Positions 50,838 through 61,401 of a stretch of 64,000 nt of DNA are shown piece by piece. How positions within the stretch are numbered: the first letter of the stretch is position 1; every line of letters begins with the position of its first letter. The translations under genes were made by a program, and so were the position numbers. This DNA comes from Gammaproteobacteria bacterium DTU037 (GTDB taxonomy: Bacteria; Pseudomonadota; Gammaproteobacteria; Pseudomonadales; Pseudomonadaceae): the NCBI GenBank assembly GCA_001513025.1, contig LFRZ01000125.1:10997-74996 (forward strand). Direction: 5' to 3'. The notes beneath the pieces were generated by a model. It worked only from the letters and a program-made list of their open reading frames with translations, ran no database searches and was not told the DNA's origin.

Positions 50838-51164
50838 ATGAGCGAGCACATTACCAATATTAGCGATTCAAGTTTTGATCAAGATGTATTGCAAGCTGAC
50901 GGCCCTGTGCTGGTTGATTACTGGGCGGAGTGGTGCGGTCCTTGCAAAATGATTGCTCCTGTCTTAGAAGATATTGCGGCTGAGTTTTCTGGCAAAATCA
51001 AAGTTTGTAAATTGAATATTGATGATAACCAAGCCACCCCGCCCAAATATGGCGTACGTGGCATTCCTACTTTAATGTTATTTAAAAATGGTAACGTTGA
51101 AGCAACCAAAGTTGGCGCATTATCAAAAAGCCAATTAGTGGCATTTTTAGAAAGCCACATCTAA
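50838..51164 (+). CDS. trxA: Thioredoxin 1
   Basis: [16 protein letters not shown]; start reassigned to ATG 50838. Confidence 0.97.
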   Translation: MSEHITNISDSSFDQDVLQADGPVLVDYWAEWCGPCKMIAPVLEDIAAEFSGKIKVCKLNIDDNQATPPKYGVRGIPTLMLFKNGNVEATKVGALSKSQLVAFLESHI

Positions 51165-51284
51165 TTGCAGTAGCCATCGCTCAAATAGGCTGATGTCTAG
51201 TGTGCATTTTGTTGATCTGCATACTAGACGTAGGCCTTTGCAAGTGATAGATTCCATCCATGTAACGTATCTATCGTTACCTAG

Positions 51285-51405
51285 TTTGCGTGCCGTCGCC
51301 GAAATCTTTACGGTTCTGAACAAACAATCGAATGTTCTCCTCGCGGTACGCTTCCCAAGCTAAGTGCTTGCTCACTCCTTCTAAATTATATCATCGTCAT
51401 TCCCT
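51285..51405 (+). ncRNA. Putative rho 5' leader (Pseudomon-Rho-like motif)
   Basis: Begins TGCGTGCCGTCGCCGA and ends CGTCATTCCCTATG, resembling from memory the conserved Pseudomonas rho leader; not checked against a covariance model. Confidence 0.45.
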
Positions 51406-52668
51406 ATGAATCTGACCGAACTCAAACAAAAACCTGTTGCTGAATTGCTAGAACTCGCTGAACAAATGGGCCTCGATAATATGGCTCGTTCACGTAAGCA
51501 AGATATTATTTTCTCATTGCTTAAGCGTCATGCACGCAGTGGTGAAGAGATTTCTGGCGATGGCGTACTTGAAATTCTGCAAGACGGCTTTGGCTTTCTG
51601 CGCTCAGCAGACTCGTCTTACTTGGCCGGACCGGATGATATTTATGTATCACCCAGTCAAATTCGTCGTTTTAACTTAAGAACCGGCGATACCATTATTG
51701 GTAAAATCCGTCCGCCGAAAGAAGGCGAACGTTATTTTGCCTTGCTGAAAGTAGACTCGATCAACTTTGATCGTCCAGAAAACGCACGTAATAAAATTCT
51801 CTTTGAAAACCTGACCCCGTTATTTCCGACTAAGCGTTTAATGATGGAAATCGGTAATGGTTCGACTGAAGATTTGACCGGCCGTGTGATTGACTTGGCT
51901 GCGCCCATTGGTAAAGGCCAACGGGGCTTGATTGTGGCACCGCCAAAAGCCGGTAAAACCATCATGCTGCAAAACATTGCCTCGAACATTACGCGTAACA
52001 ATCCAGAGTGCCATCTGATCGTTTTACTGATCGATGAGCGTCCTGAAGAAGTGACCGAAATGCAGCGTACTGTGCGCGGTGAAGTGGTTGCTTCAACCTT
52101 TGATGAGCCGCCAACCCGTCACGTACAAGTGGCTGAAATGGTCATCGAAAAAGCCAAGCGCTTGGTAGAGCACAAAAAAGACGTAGTGATTTTGCTCGAC
52201 TCCATCACCCGTTTAGCGCGTGCTTACAACACCGTGATTCCAAGCTCTGGCAAGGTGCTCACTGGTGGTGTGGATGCGCATGCGCTGGAAAAACCAAAGC
52301 GTTTCTTCGGTGCAGCACGTAACATCGAAGAAGGTGGCTCACTGACCATTATCGCGACCGCTCTAGTTGAGACCGGTTCGAAAATGGATGAAGTGATTTA
52401 CGAAGAGTTTAAAGGTACCGGTAATATGGAGCTGCAACTTGAGCGCCGTATTGCTGAAAAGCGCGTGTTTCCTGCGATCAATATCAACCGCTCGGGCACC
52501 CGTCGTGAAGAACTATTAACCAGCGAAGATGAATTGCAGCGCATGTGGATTTTGCGCAAATTATTGCATCCTATGGATGAAACCGCAGCCATCGAGTTTT
52601 TGCTCGATAAGCTCAAAGACACAAAAACTAATGAAGAGTTTTTCATGTCGATGAAGCGCAGCAAATAG
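51406..52668 (+). CDS. rho: Transcription termination factor Rho
   Basis: [37 protein letters not shown]. Confidence 0.99.
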   Translation: MNLTELKQKPVAELLELAEQMGLDNMARSRKQDIIFSLLKRHARSGEEISGDGVLEILQDGFGFLRSADSSYLAGPDDIYVSPSQIRRFNLRTGDTIIGKIRPPKEGERYFALLKVDSINFDRPENARNKILFENLTPLFPTKRLMMEIGNGSTEDLTGRVIDLAAPIGKGQRGLIVAPPKAGKTIMLQNIASNITRNNPECHLIVLLIDERPEEVTEMQRTVRGEVVASTFDEPPTRHVQVAEMVIEKAKRLVEHKKDVVILLDSITRLARAYNTVIPSSGKVLTGGVDAHALEKPKRFFGAARNIEEGGSLTIIATALVETGSKMDEVIYEEFKGTGNMELQLERRIAEKRVFPAININRSGTRREELLTSEDELQRMWILRKLLHPMDETAAIEFLLDKLKDTKTNEEFFMSMKRSK

Positions 52669-52755
52669 CTCTCGTTTTAGTATCTAAAGCCATGCAGGGG
52701 TGTGTGATAGAAATATCCACATCCGTGCAGCGCTTAATCTGCTACGGACAACCTT

Positions 52756-54222
52756 ATGCAATATACTGATCTGCGCGACTTTATTCGCGGCCTTGAGCAG
52801 CGTGGTGAACTTAAGCGCATTCAAGTCCCCGTCTCTCCTGTTTTAGAAATGACAGAAATCTGCGACCGCACCTTACGTAAAGGCGGGCCTGCTTTGTTAT
52901 TTGAAAATCCCACAGGATTTAGCATGCCTGTACTCGGCAACCTGTTTGGTACGCCGCAGCGTGTTGCCTTAGGTATGGGGGCTGAGAGTACGACTGAGTT
53001 GCGTGAGATTGGTAAATTGCTCGCGGCCTTGAAAGAACCTGAGCCACCCAAAGGTTTTAAGGACGCGTGGAGTAAGCTGCCGATGTTTAAGAAAGTCTTG
53101 GCCATGGCGCCCAAAGTACGTAAAGACGGGGCCTGCCAAGAAGTGATTATTGAAGGTGAGGATGTCGATTTGACTGCCTTACCGATTCAGACCTGTTGGC
53201 CTGGCGATGTCGCACCCCTGATTACCTGGGGTTTAACCATTACCAAAGGGCCGAATAAAGAACGACAGAACTTAGGCATTTATCGCCAGCAAGTGCTGGG
53301 CCGCAATAAAGTGATTATGCGCTGGCTGAGCCACCGCGGTGGTGCGCTAGATTTTCGCGAGTGGTGCCAAAAATACCCGGGTCGTCCCTACCCTGTGGCG
53401 GTTGCGTTAGGCGCCGATCCAGCAACGATTTTAGGCGCTGTTACGCCAGTCCCTGACACCCTCTCTGAATATGCCTTTGCCGGCTTACTGCGCGGTTCGC
53501 GCACTGAGTTAGTCAAAGCCATTGGCAGTGATTTACAGGTGCCGGCAAATGCTGAAATTGTTCTAGAGGGGCATATTTACCCCGGCGAAATGGCCGATGA
53601 AGGCCCGTACGGCGATCACACCGGTTATTACAACGAAGTGGATAGCTTCCCGGTGTTTACTGTGGAGCGCATCACCCAGCGTAAAAATGCGATTTATCAC
53701 AGCACCTACACCGGTCGTCCGCCGGATGAACCCGCCATTTTAGGTGTGGCACTCAATGAAGTCTTTGTGCCTATTTTGCAAAAGCAATTCCCGGAAATTA
53801 TCGATTTTTACCTGCCACCAGAAGGATGTTCCTATCGCATGGCAGTGGTGAGTATTAAGAAACAATATCCAGGGCATGCCAAGCGTGTGATGCTGGGTGT
53901 ATGGAGCTTCTTACGCCAGTTTATGTACACCAAGTTTGTGATTGTGGTGGATGACGATATTAATACACGGGATTGGAATGATGTGATTTGGGCGATTACC
54001 ACGCGTATGGACCCCAGTCGCGATACCGTATTAATTGATAATACACCCATTGATTATCTCGATTTTGCTTCGCCAGTGTCTGGCTTGGGCAGCAAAATGG
54101 GCTTGGATGCAACCAATAAATGGCCCGGTGAAACCACGCGTGAGTGGGGTCGTGTCATTGAGCAAGATCCTGCGGTAACAGAACGTATTGATGCGCTGTG
54201 GTCTGAGCTGGGCATTGACTGA
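52756..54222 (+). CDS. ubiD: 4-hydroxy-3-polyprenylbenzoate decarboxylase
   Basis: [33 protein letters not shown]. Confidence 0.96.
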   Translation: MQYTDLRDFIRGLEQRGELKRIQVPVSPVLEMTEICDRTLRKGGPALLFENPTGFSMPVLGNLFGTPQRVALGMGAESTTELREIGKLLAALKEPEPPKGFKDAWSKLPMFKKVLAMAPKVRKDGACQEVIIEGEDVDLTALPIQTCWPGDVAPLITWGLTITKGPNKERQNLGIYRQQVLGRNKVIMRWLSHRGGALDFREWCQKYPGRPYPVAVALGADPATILGAVTPVPDTLSEYAFAGLLRGSRTELVKAIGSDLQVPANAEIVLEGHIYPGEMADEGPYGDHTGYYNEVDSFPVFTVERITQRKNAIYHSTYTGRPPDEPAILGVALNEVFVPILQKQFPEIIDFYLPPEGCSYRMAVVSIKKQYPGHAKRVMLGVWSFLRQFMYTKFVIVVDDDINTRDWNDVIWAITTRMDPSRDTVLIDNTPIDYLDFASPVSGLGSKMGLDATNKWPGETTREWGRVIEQDPAVTERIDALWSELGID

Positions 54223-54271
54223 TGCACTTAAGTGATAACGATGCAGTGCCGACAAAGGAAGCAGATTACGC

Positions 54272-55249
54272 ATGAAAATCATGTTACAACCATCAGGGCA
54301 TGTTATTGAGTTACTGCCTGGCGAAAGGATTATTGATGCGGCGCGTCGTTTGGGTTTTGATGCTCCGCAAAGTTGCCGAAATGGTAACTGTCATATCTGT
54401 GCAGCACAGCTGATCAGCGGTAAGGTGCGCCAAGGTGACGATATTTTCCAGTCAGGTGAGTTATTTACCTGTCTGGCCGAGCCGTTAAGTGACTGCGAGT
54501 TACAGTGGGACGGGGTGCTGGCGGCCAATGAGTTACCTTTATGCAAAGTAGCTTGTCAGTTAGTCAGTGTGACGCCCTTGGGCGCTGATGTGTTTTCTGT
54601 ACACTTACGTCTGCCTGCTGGCAAAGTCGTGCGTTATCATGCCGGTCAGTATTTACTGGTTGAGCGTGAAGATGGTGAGTCCAGCGCCTTCTCTATCGCC
54701 TCGGCGCCCCAGCAAGGGCGTGAGTTGGAACTGCATATTCTAGCCCGTGATCATGCGGCAATAGCGTTACTTAAACAGTTGCAAAAAGATGGCATGGCCC
54801 GTGTGCAAATGCCTTTTGGTGATGTGCATTTAGCCGCTGCTGAGCAACGACCTTTACTCTTGATTGCCGCCGGTACAGGTATGGCGCAAGTGCACAGTTT
54901 AGTTGAGCATTGCCGCGCCACTGGATTCAGCCAGCCGATCCATGTGTATTGGGGCGCGCGGGCCGCAGAAGATTTCTATACTCTGCACGATTTACCTGCT
55001 TGGCACCGTATGAGTAATCTGCACTTTCATCAAATTGTCAGTGACGATACCGGCTGGACTGGACGGGTGGGTTTGCTCTATCAAGCCGTGTGCAGTGATA
55101 TCCAGGACTTAAGCGCGTATCAGGTGATTGTTAGCGGCTCGCCAGCGATGGTTTACGGCACCCTTGATGCCTTGGTGGCCGCAGGTATGCAACCTGAGCA
55201 AATGTTGGCGGATGCATTAACTTACGCACCGCGTGCAGAAAAGCTATAA
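54272..55249 (+). CDS. 2Fe-2S / FAD-NAD oxidoreductase (CDP-6-deoxy-delta-3,4-glucoseen reductase / Fre-like)
   Basis: CRNGNCHIC...C ferredoxin domain, FSIASAP, AAGTGMA, SGSPAMV; usual partner of ubiD. Confidence 0.85.
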   Translation: MKIMLQPSGHVIELLPGERIIDAARRLGFDAPQSCRNGNCHICAAQLISGKVRQGDDIFQSGELFTCLAEPLSDCELQWDGVLAANELPLCKVACQLVSVTPLGADVFSVHLRLPAGKVVRYHAGQYLLVEREDGESSAFSIASAPQQGRELELHILARDHAAIALLKQLQKDGMARVQMPFGDVHLAAAEQRPLLLIAAGTGMAQVHSLVEHCRATGFSQPIHVYWGARAAEDFYTLHDLPAWHRMSNLHFHQIVSDDTGWTGRVGLLYQAVCSDIQDLSAYQVIVSGSPAMVYGTLDALVAAGMQPEQMLADALTYAPRAEKL

Positions 55250-55813
55250 ATCTTTATGCACAATATGATCTGCAGGCTGATTGATGATGCGGTTCTGGCG
55301 TGCCTGTTGTTCTTTAGCCAGTAAGGCCCGTTTCCGTTCGACCCCCCAGCGATAGCCAGAAATCCCGCCATCGGCACGTAAAATGCGGTGGCATGGGATC
55401 GCTAACGCTAATGGGTTGGCAGCACAAGCGTTGGCTACTGCGCGCACGGCTTTAGGTTTATGCAACAGCTCGGCAACGTCGCTATAGCTGAGCGTGCCGC
55501 CCACTGGAATACTGCGCAAAATCGCCCAAACACTTTTCTGAAAGTCACTGCCGTGGATATCCAGAGGAAAGTGTAAAGGTGTCAGGGGTGCTGCTAAAAA
55601 TTCCGTGACGTTTTCTAGCCAAGCTGCGAGTGCCTGTTTGTTTTCCAGCAAGTGCGCTTTGGGGAAGCGTGTTTGTAAATCTGTGTAGAGTTCAGAGGCT
55701 GTGTCGCCCAATAAGATTGCACAAACGCCCTGCTCTGTACGCGCGAGTAAAATGCTGGCAAAGGCTGTTTCAGTGCTAGAGAACTCGATAACAGTGGGCG
55801 ATACGTTTGGCAT
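55244..55813 (-). CDS. ogt: Methylated-DNA--protein-cysteine methyltransferase (Ada C-terminal type)
   Basis: FQKSVW, RAVANAC, IPCHR active site, GYRWG. Confidence 0.88.
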   Translation of the reverse strand: MPNVSPTVIEFSSTETAFASILLARTEQGVCAILLGDTASELYTDLQTRFPKAHLLENKQALAAWLENVTEFLAAPLTPLHFPLDIHGSDFQKSVWAILRSIPVGGTLSYSDVAELLHKPKAVRAVANACAANPLALAIPCHRILRADGGISGYRWGVERKRALLAKEQQARQNRIINQPADHIVHKDL

Positions 55814-56134
55814 AGATACTCCGTCGGTAAATGCGGTTAAACAAAACAGTTCGATTCAGTGAGTCGGTTAAACACTACCGCAAAAGTGGCTAACGTGGGT
55901 TGAATAATCAGCGCCGTATTGGAATATTCTGCCAAGTTAGACTGTAGGCCAGTCGTGCCGTTAAGGTGCAGCTTATGTTGGTTATGGTGTGGCGTCTGCT
56001 GATGTTTAATCAGTCAAGCATCCCCTAGCGCTTGAGTACTGCCAAGTCGTTAGTGATTGCGTTAAAATAAGCATCACCCTTAAACAGATTTGTTTAGGCG
56101 CTTTGTTTTATTTTGATGGAGGCACAGAACAGCC

Positions 56135-56302
56135 ATGCGTGAAAAACCAACACCACCAGCAGATTATGAGTGCTGCGAAAGTGCCTGCTCGCCTTGCGTA
56201 TGGGATACCTATTACGACGAGATGGAGCAGTGGCGCGCTGAGCAAGCCGCTTTAAAAAGCAGTGCTGAGCAGGCACAAAAGGATGCAGACAGCGCTGAGT
56301 AA
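56135..56302 (+). CDS. Small oxidoreductase-like domain protein (55 aa)
   Basis: Manually found: GGAGG RBS then MREKPTPPADYECCESACSPCVWDTYYDEMEQWRAEQ...; PxPP-x4-CC-x3-C-x2-CVWD-x-Y pattern. Confidence 0.8.
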   Translation: MREKPTPPADYECCESACSPCVWDTYYDEMEQWRAEQAALKSSAEQAQKDADSAE

Positions 56303-56485
56303 TATCGCGCCTAAGTGATTAAAAGAGGATTCTGCTAAGCGGGCGTGCAGCTCTGCATCGCCTGTCAAAAACTAAAAGTCTAAGATCGGCTCGCCTTAGC
56401 GGTGACATCTGCTGGGCGACGTGATGATCGTCAGTTGTATTACGTTATAAGTTTCCCTGGCCGCCTAGTTGAGCGCTGCGGTGCT

Positions 56486-56629
56486 AGCAGATGAACTGGA
56501 ATAGACGTTGGCGACGCTGATTAAGTCGAACCGCTCTATCGGCGTGCACACTTGATGTTATCTATAGTTTTTATCTAGAAAAAAGGACTACACTTTCGCA
56601 CCTTTTTCATCTGCTCGCTGGGGACTAAC
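56486..56629 (+). promoter_or_regulatory. Candidate structured 5' leader of nhaD with uORF
   Basis: 10-bp stem AGCAGATGAA (56486-56495)/TTCATCTGCT (56606-56615) encloses two hairpins; uORF MNWNRRWRR at 56491-56520. Confidence 0.45.
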
Positions 56630-57859
56630 ATGACAACCGTTTTACTGGTTTTATCGTTCTTGGGCTTTATATCAATTGTTGTTGAAGACTTTACAAAAAT
56701 TGATAAAGCCAAAACGACACTGTTTTTTGGCACGCTGGTCTGGGTTTTGTACTTTATTGCACCGCCCAATGGTCTTGACACCCCGCAAGTGATGGAGTCG
56801 CTCAATGAAAATCTGCTAGAAATTGCCACCTTGTGGTTATTTTTAATGGCGGCGATGACCTTTGTTGCTTATGTATCGCACAAGGGTGTGATTGATGGCA
56901 TCGTCAATAAAGTGATGCCAACACATATGAGTGAACGCCGCTTGATGCTGCTTACAGGTCTGTTTGCTTTTGTTTTTTCATCGATGGCCGATAATATTAC
57001 CGCCACCTTGGTCTGTATTACGGTGTTAGTCAGTCTGAATTTAAACGCCGAAAAATTGCTGCGCTATATTATTTTGGTAGTATTTGCAGTGAACTCCGGT
57101 GGTGCTGCGTTGATCACTGGTGATGTGACGACCTTGATGATCTTCTTAGCCGGTAAAGTCAAAATTGCTGATTTGGTTTTATTAAGTATTCCAGCTTTAT
57201 CCGCGGTGCTGTTCTTATCCTTTTTGTTGTCTCGTTCGTTGACCGGTGAGGTGGTTTTAGTTAAGCGTGAGATTGAGATTGCTAAAGGTGATCGAATTAT
57301 CGCAGGACTATTCTTAGCCACCATTATTGGTACGATTGGCGCTAACGTGGCGTTTGGCATTCCGCCGGTCTTATCCTTTTTGTTTGGTCTAGCAGTCATG
57401 TTTATGGCGGTACACTTCCTCAATAAAGATGAGGCGGTGCTGGAGTATATTCGCAAAATTGAGTTTGACACCTTGTTGTTTTTCTTAGGTGTATTACTCT
57501 TAGTCGGTATGTTAAAAGAGCTGCATGTGTTGGAGCACTTCCCTACCCTGTACGAGAAACTGCCGGTTGTTGTAGCCAATTATTCGGTCGGTTTATTCTC
57601 GGCATTAATTGATAACGTGCCCTTGACTGCAGCGCTGCTTAAATCAGGCATTGAGATGACTGAGGGGCAATGGTTGACCTTGACTTACTCAGTTGGTGTT
57701 GGTGGTTCTTTACTGGCAATTGGTTCTGCGGCAGGTGTGGTTGCTATGAGTAAAATCCCTGCGCTGACCTTTATGGCCTACTTGCGTTATTTCGGTTATT
57801 TACTTGTGGCCTACACTGTGGGTTTTCTGGGTGTATTTGTGATCAGTTATTTGCTGTAA
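56630..57859 (+). CDS. nhaD: NhaD-family Na+/H+ antiporter
   Basis: KAKTTLFFG, SSMADNITATL, GDVTTLMIF, SALIDNVPLT, GGSLLAIGSAAGV. Confidence 0.88.
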   Translation: MTTVLLVLSFLGFISIVVEDFTKIDKAKTTLFFGTLVWVLYFIAPPNGLDTPQVMESLNENLLEIATLWLFLMAAMTFVAYVSHKGVIDGIVNKVMPTHMSERRLMLLTGLFAFVFSSMADNITATLVCITVLVSLNLNAEKLLRYIILVVFAVNSGGAALITGDVTTLMIFLAGKVKIADLVLLSIPALSAVLFLSFLLSRSLTGEVVLVKREIEIAKGDRIIAGLFLATIIGTIGANVAFGIPPVLSFLFGLAVMFMAVHFLNKDEAVLEYIRKIEFDTLLFFLGVLLLVGMLKELHVLEHFPTLYEKLPVVVANYSVGLFSALIDNVPLTAALLKSGIEMTEGQWLTLTYSVGVGGSLLAIGSAAGVVAMSKIPALTFMAYLRYFGYLLVAYTVGFLGVFVISYLL

Positions 57860-57873
57860 AGTGTTCGCTTAGT

Positions 57874-57903
57874 AAAAACCAGCACCTAGGTGCTGGTTTT
57901 TTT
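57874..57903 (+). terminator. nhaD terminator
   Basis: AAAAACCAGCACCTAGGTGCTGGTTTTTTT. Confidence 0.85.
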
Positions 57904-58044
57904 TGCACGACAATCGGCGTTTGTGAAGAATTGTTAAGCAGCGATTAAACACTGGGATTTTCCCAGCTTAATTAATAAACTCTTGGGTATAAAAATACAG
58001 CAGTGCCAACAGGTTCTGGCTGAATAATATGACTAGGAGACGGT

Positions 58045-58929
58045 ATGAGCTATTCTGCAAAAACTGTGCAAGCACTGACTTTGCCAGCGGCTGATGGCTA
58101 TCCCATCGCCGCCCATCTGTATCCTGCACACAATAGCGTTAAGGGTCAGTTAATTGTTGCCGGCGCGACGGGGGTGGGCCAGCAGTTTTATCGGCGTTTT
58201 GCTGAGTACGCTAGTGCGCAAGGTTTTAATGTGTTGACCTTTGATTATCGTGGGGTTGGCCAGTCTGCACCTAAACAGTTAAAAGGCTTTCAAATGGCCT
58301 TTGAGGATTGGGCGCAACTGGACTTGGCGGCAGCGGTTGAGTATCTGCATAGCGATCATACACCACTCTTTTTAGTGGGCCATTCCTATGGTGGTCATGC
58401 GTTAGGCATGCTGCCCAATCATGAGAAAATCAGTCGTTGCTATACCTTGGGCAGCGGCTCCGGTTGGCATGGTTGGATGCCGTTAACCGAGCGCTTAAAA
58501 GTACAGTTTATGTGGAATGTTATGTTTCCGGTGTTGGTGGCGTGGAAAGGCTATTTGCCTTGGCAAATGCTCAAAATGGGCGAAGACATGCCGCTGGATG
58601 TATATCGCAAGTGGAAGCGCTGGTGTGGTATGCCGCATTATTTCTTTGACGATCCCCTCGTGCGCGAGACGAAAAAGTTACAGTTTGCGCAAATTCGTAC
58701 CCCTATTACTGCTGCGGTGGCACTGGATGACTTATGGGCATTACCTGCATCGCGCGATGTCTTTATGGATTATTACTGCAATGCACAAGTGATTCGCCGC
58801 GATATTGATCCGCACGAATTTAATCTGAAGTTTGGTGCGATTGGTCATATGAACTACTTTCGCCCTGTGGCTCAGCCATTATGGGATGAAGTTTTGACCT
58901 GGTTTACGGCACCTTCTGTGGATGACTAG
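58045..58929 (+). CDS. Predicted alpha/beta hydrolase
   Basis: TFDYRGVG, VGHSYGG nucleophile elbow, DDLWA, IGHMNYF. Confidence 0.85.
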   Translation: MSYSAKTVQALTLPAADGYPIAAHLYPAHNSVKGQLIVAGATGVGQQFYRRFAEYASAQGFNVLTFDYRGVGQSAPKQLKGFQMAFEDWAQLDLAAAVEYLHSDHTPLFLVGHSYGGHALGMLPNHEKISRCYTLGSGSGWHGWMPLTERLKVQFMWNVMFPVLVAWKGYLPWQMLKMGEDMPLDVYRKWKRWCGMPHYFFDDPLVRETKKLQFAQIRTPITAAVALDDLWALPASRDVFMDYYCNAQVIRRDIDPHEFNLKFGAIGHMNYFRPVAQPLWDEVLTWFTAPSVDD

Positions 58930-59176
58930 CGCGCTTTAGTACGCCACTTAAAACCTTAACTTCAGGCCACGTTTAAGGCTGTCTCAGCGCGACAATCAGC
59001 GGTGTAGATGACTGGATTCCATCTAAATATGTGAAAAGGTTCACACCAGAGGCATTGCCCTTTAAGCTGTGCAACGTTTTGCTGTGCGTCGTTTGCGGGC
59101 ACCTTGTGGTTTAAGAGGCTTTTCAAGTTGTCGATCGACTATGCACAGCAGTTGAATGTATTGGTGCGGAGTGTTT

Positions 59177-60421
59177 ATGAGTGATGGTTTTGTGGTGGTG
59201 TTAAACAGTTATTACACCTTGATTGCGGCAACAGTTGTACTCTTGGTTGGGCGTATTCTGGTTCAACGTATTGCTGTTTTAACCAAGTTTAATATTCCTG
59301 AGCCTGTGGTGGGTGGCTTAATTGCTGCTGTATTGGTGCTGGCTCTGCATCAATTTAATGGTTTTTCAATCCAGATCGAAAAAGGCCTGCAAGACGGCTT
59401 TATGCTGATGTTTTTTGCATCGATCGGCTTGAGTGCTGATTTCAAACGCTTGCGGGCTGGTGGAGTGCCCTTAGTTTTATTTACATCAATTGTTGCCGGT
59501 TTTATTGTGGTGCAAAACCTAGTCGGCATCAGTTTAGCCTCGCTGCTGGGCTTGAAGCCCTTAACGGGTTTGATTACTGGCTCAATGACCTTGGTGGGTG
59601 GCCATGGTACCGCTGCAGGTTGGGGGCAGATTTTTGAAACCGACTTTGGCATTGAAGGTGCAGTGGCCTTAGGTATGGCCTGTGCCACTTTTGGTTTGGT
59701 CTGTGGCGGTTTAATTGGTGGGCCCGTAGCACGTCGACTTATGAAGAAAGTAAAGGTGCCTGCCGGCACTGAAAATGCCGTCCATGCGGCTGAGGCGGGG
59801 CCACGTATTACCTTTGAACAGCCGCAACATAAGCGTTTGATTACCGCAGATTCCGCCATTGAAACCTTAGCCCTCTTTGCCGTGTGCTTGGCCAGTGCCT
59901 CTTACTTATCCAGCTTTATGGCTGAGCACTTTAGTGATTCAAATTTTGTTATCCCCACCTTTGTTTGGGCCTTAGCCTCAGGTGTGGTGGTGCGTAATCT
60001 GCTTTCTGCCGTTTTTAAAGTGAGTATCTTTGATCGCTGTGTGGATGTGTTTGGTAATGTGTCTTTATCACTGTTTTTAGCCATGGCGCTGCTGAGTTTA
60101 GAATTGTGGATGATTAAAGACTTGGCCGTGCCTTTGCTTGTTATTTTAAGTGTGCAGGCCGTGCTTCTGGTGTTATTTGCTATCTTTGTGGTTTTCCGGG
60201 TCATGGGCAAAGACTACGATGCAGCGGTCTTGGCCGGTGGCTTTTGTGGTTTTGGTATGGGCGCTACACCGACTGCGGTGGCCAATATGCAGGCGGTGAC
60301 TGACCGTTATGGGCCTTCGCATAAAGCCTTTTTAATTGTGCCAATGGTGGGTGCGTTTTTTGTCGATATTATCAACGCCACGGTGTTGTCGGCTATTACT
60401 TCGCTACCCTTTTGGAATTAA
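59177..60421 (+). CDS. gltS: Sodium/glutamate symporter
   Basis: FNIPEPVVGG, LVGGHGTAAGW, GFGMGATPTAVANM. Confidence 0.94.
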   Translation: MSDGFVVVLNSYYTLIAATVVLLVGRILVQRIAVLTKFNIPEPVVGGLIAAVLVLALHQFNGFSIQIEKGLQDGFMLMFFASIGLSADFKRLRAGGVPLVLFTSIVAGFIVVQNLVGISLASLLGLKPLTGLITGSMTLVGGHGTAAGWGQIFETDFGIEGAVALGMACATFGLVCGGLIGGPVARRLMKKVKVPAGTENAVHAAEAGPRITFEQPQHKRLITADSAIETLALFAVCLASASYLSSFMAEHFSDSNFVIPTFVWALASGVVVRNLLSAVFKVSIFDRCVDVFGNVSLSLFLAMALLSLELWMIKDLAVPLLVILSVQAVLLVLFAIFVVFRVMGKDYDAAVLAGGFCGFGMGATPTAVANMQAVTDRYGPSHKAFLIVPMVGAFFVDIINATVLSAITSLPFWN

Positions 60422-60546
60422 ATACAAACGGATCAAAATATCGACTTACAAGCGCGCTCTACACAGTGATCTGTTATAAAGACGTGCAGGTCGATCGTGG
60501 TTTTCGGCTGAGATAGAGCTCGCAGGCTCTCAGCATCCTTGGCCGA

Positions 60547-61323
60547 TTAAACCTTAAAAAACTCGCCTGGGGTGCTGCCAAAATGCTGGCCAAAGGCTGC
60601 AATAAAAGCGGATATGGATTCGTAGCCGCAAGCCAATGCGACGTCGGTTACAGACTGCTTTTGCTCAAGTAAGGGCAGCGCATTCAGTAAGCGCAGACGT
60701 TGACGCCATAGGCGAAAAGTCAGGCCAGTTTGCTGAATAAAAAGCCGACTTAAGGTTTTTTCCGAGACCTGTAAACGCTGCGCCCATTGGTGAAGTGTAT
60801 TGCTGGCATCGGGATGCTTTTGCAAGTGTGTGGCAATTTTTTGCAAACGCTGATCTGCAGGCCAAGGTAGCATCAGTCCCCGGTCTGGGGCACGGGTCAG
60901 TTGATCCAGCAGCACAGTGGCTAAACGCCCTTCGGCGCTGTGCTCTGCATACTCTACTGGCAACTCACCAAAAGCGCAGATTAACTCTTTTAGCAGTGGG
61001 CTGACTTCCACTACACGGCAACTGTTGAGCGTATCAGCGAGTACGCGAGTGTCGATATAGAGGCTGCGAATTTGCGTTTGGGCGGAACATTGCACGCTGT
61101 GCTTGATCCCCGCAGGAATCCAGACTGCACGCTGCGGAGGTGCAATAAAGCGACCTTGCGCCGTTTGCACCTCTAACACGCCGCTAATGGCATAAGAAAA
61201 CTGCACCCAAGGGTGGCTGTGACGAAAGCCAATCACCGTATTGGGCAGTGCTTCAGTTTGCCCATAGAGGGGCCGCGGTAAGCGTTTTAAATCTCTGAGA
61301 CGTTGCTTAAGGGAAGCTGACAT
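60547..61323 (-). CDS. AraC-family regulator with cupin sensor domain
   Basis: HSHPWVQ cupin, PPQRAVWIP, GYESISAFIAAF; divergent from the SBF transporter. Confidence 0.88.
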   Translation of the reverse strand: MSASLKQRLRDLKRLPRPLYGQTEALPNTVIGFRHSHPWVQFSYAISGVLEVQTAQGRFIAPPQRAVWIPAGIKHSVQCSAQTQIRSLYIDTRVLADTLNSCRVVEVSPLLKELICAFGELPVEYAEHSAEGRLATVLLDQLTRAPDRGLMLPWPADQRLQKIATHLQKHPDASNTLHQWAQRLQVSEKTLSRLFIQQTGLTFRLWRQRLRLLNALPLLEQKQSVTDVALACGYESISAFIAAFGQHFGSTPGEFFKV

Positions 61324-61401
61324 TGTCCGTTGATCGATACTCTTTGACTGATTGGCGTTAGCCGGATTATTGCATATCCAGTAGAGTCGCTGCATATCGA
61401 T

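Noticed and set aside
56303-56629. Known Na+/Li+/fluoride riboswitch upstream of nhaD
   Set aside because: I could not recognise the nhaA-I, DUF1646 or crcB consensus by eye. The region is kept only as a novel candidate pending cmsearch.
57064-57579. Long antisense ORFs (also 10585-11097, 59350-59859, 6688-7140, 43326-43700, 61524-61904)
   Set aside because: They are shadow frames opposite conserved genes and have no family motifs.
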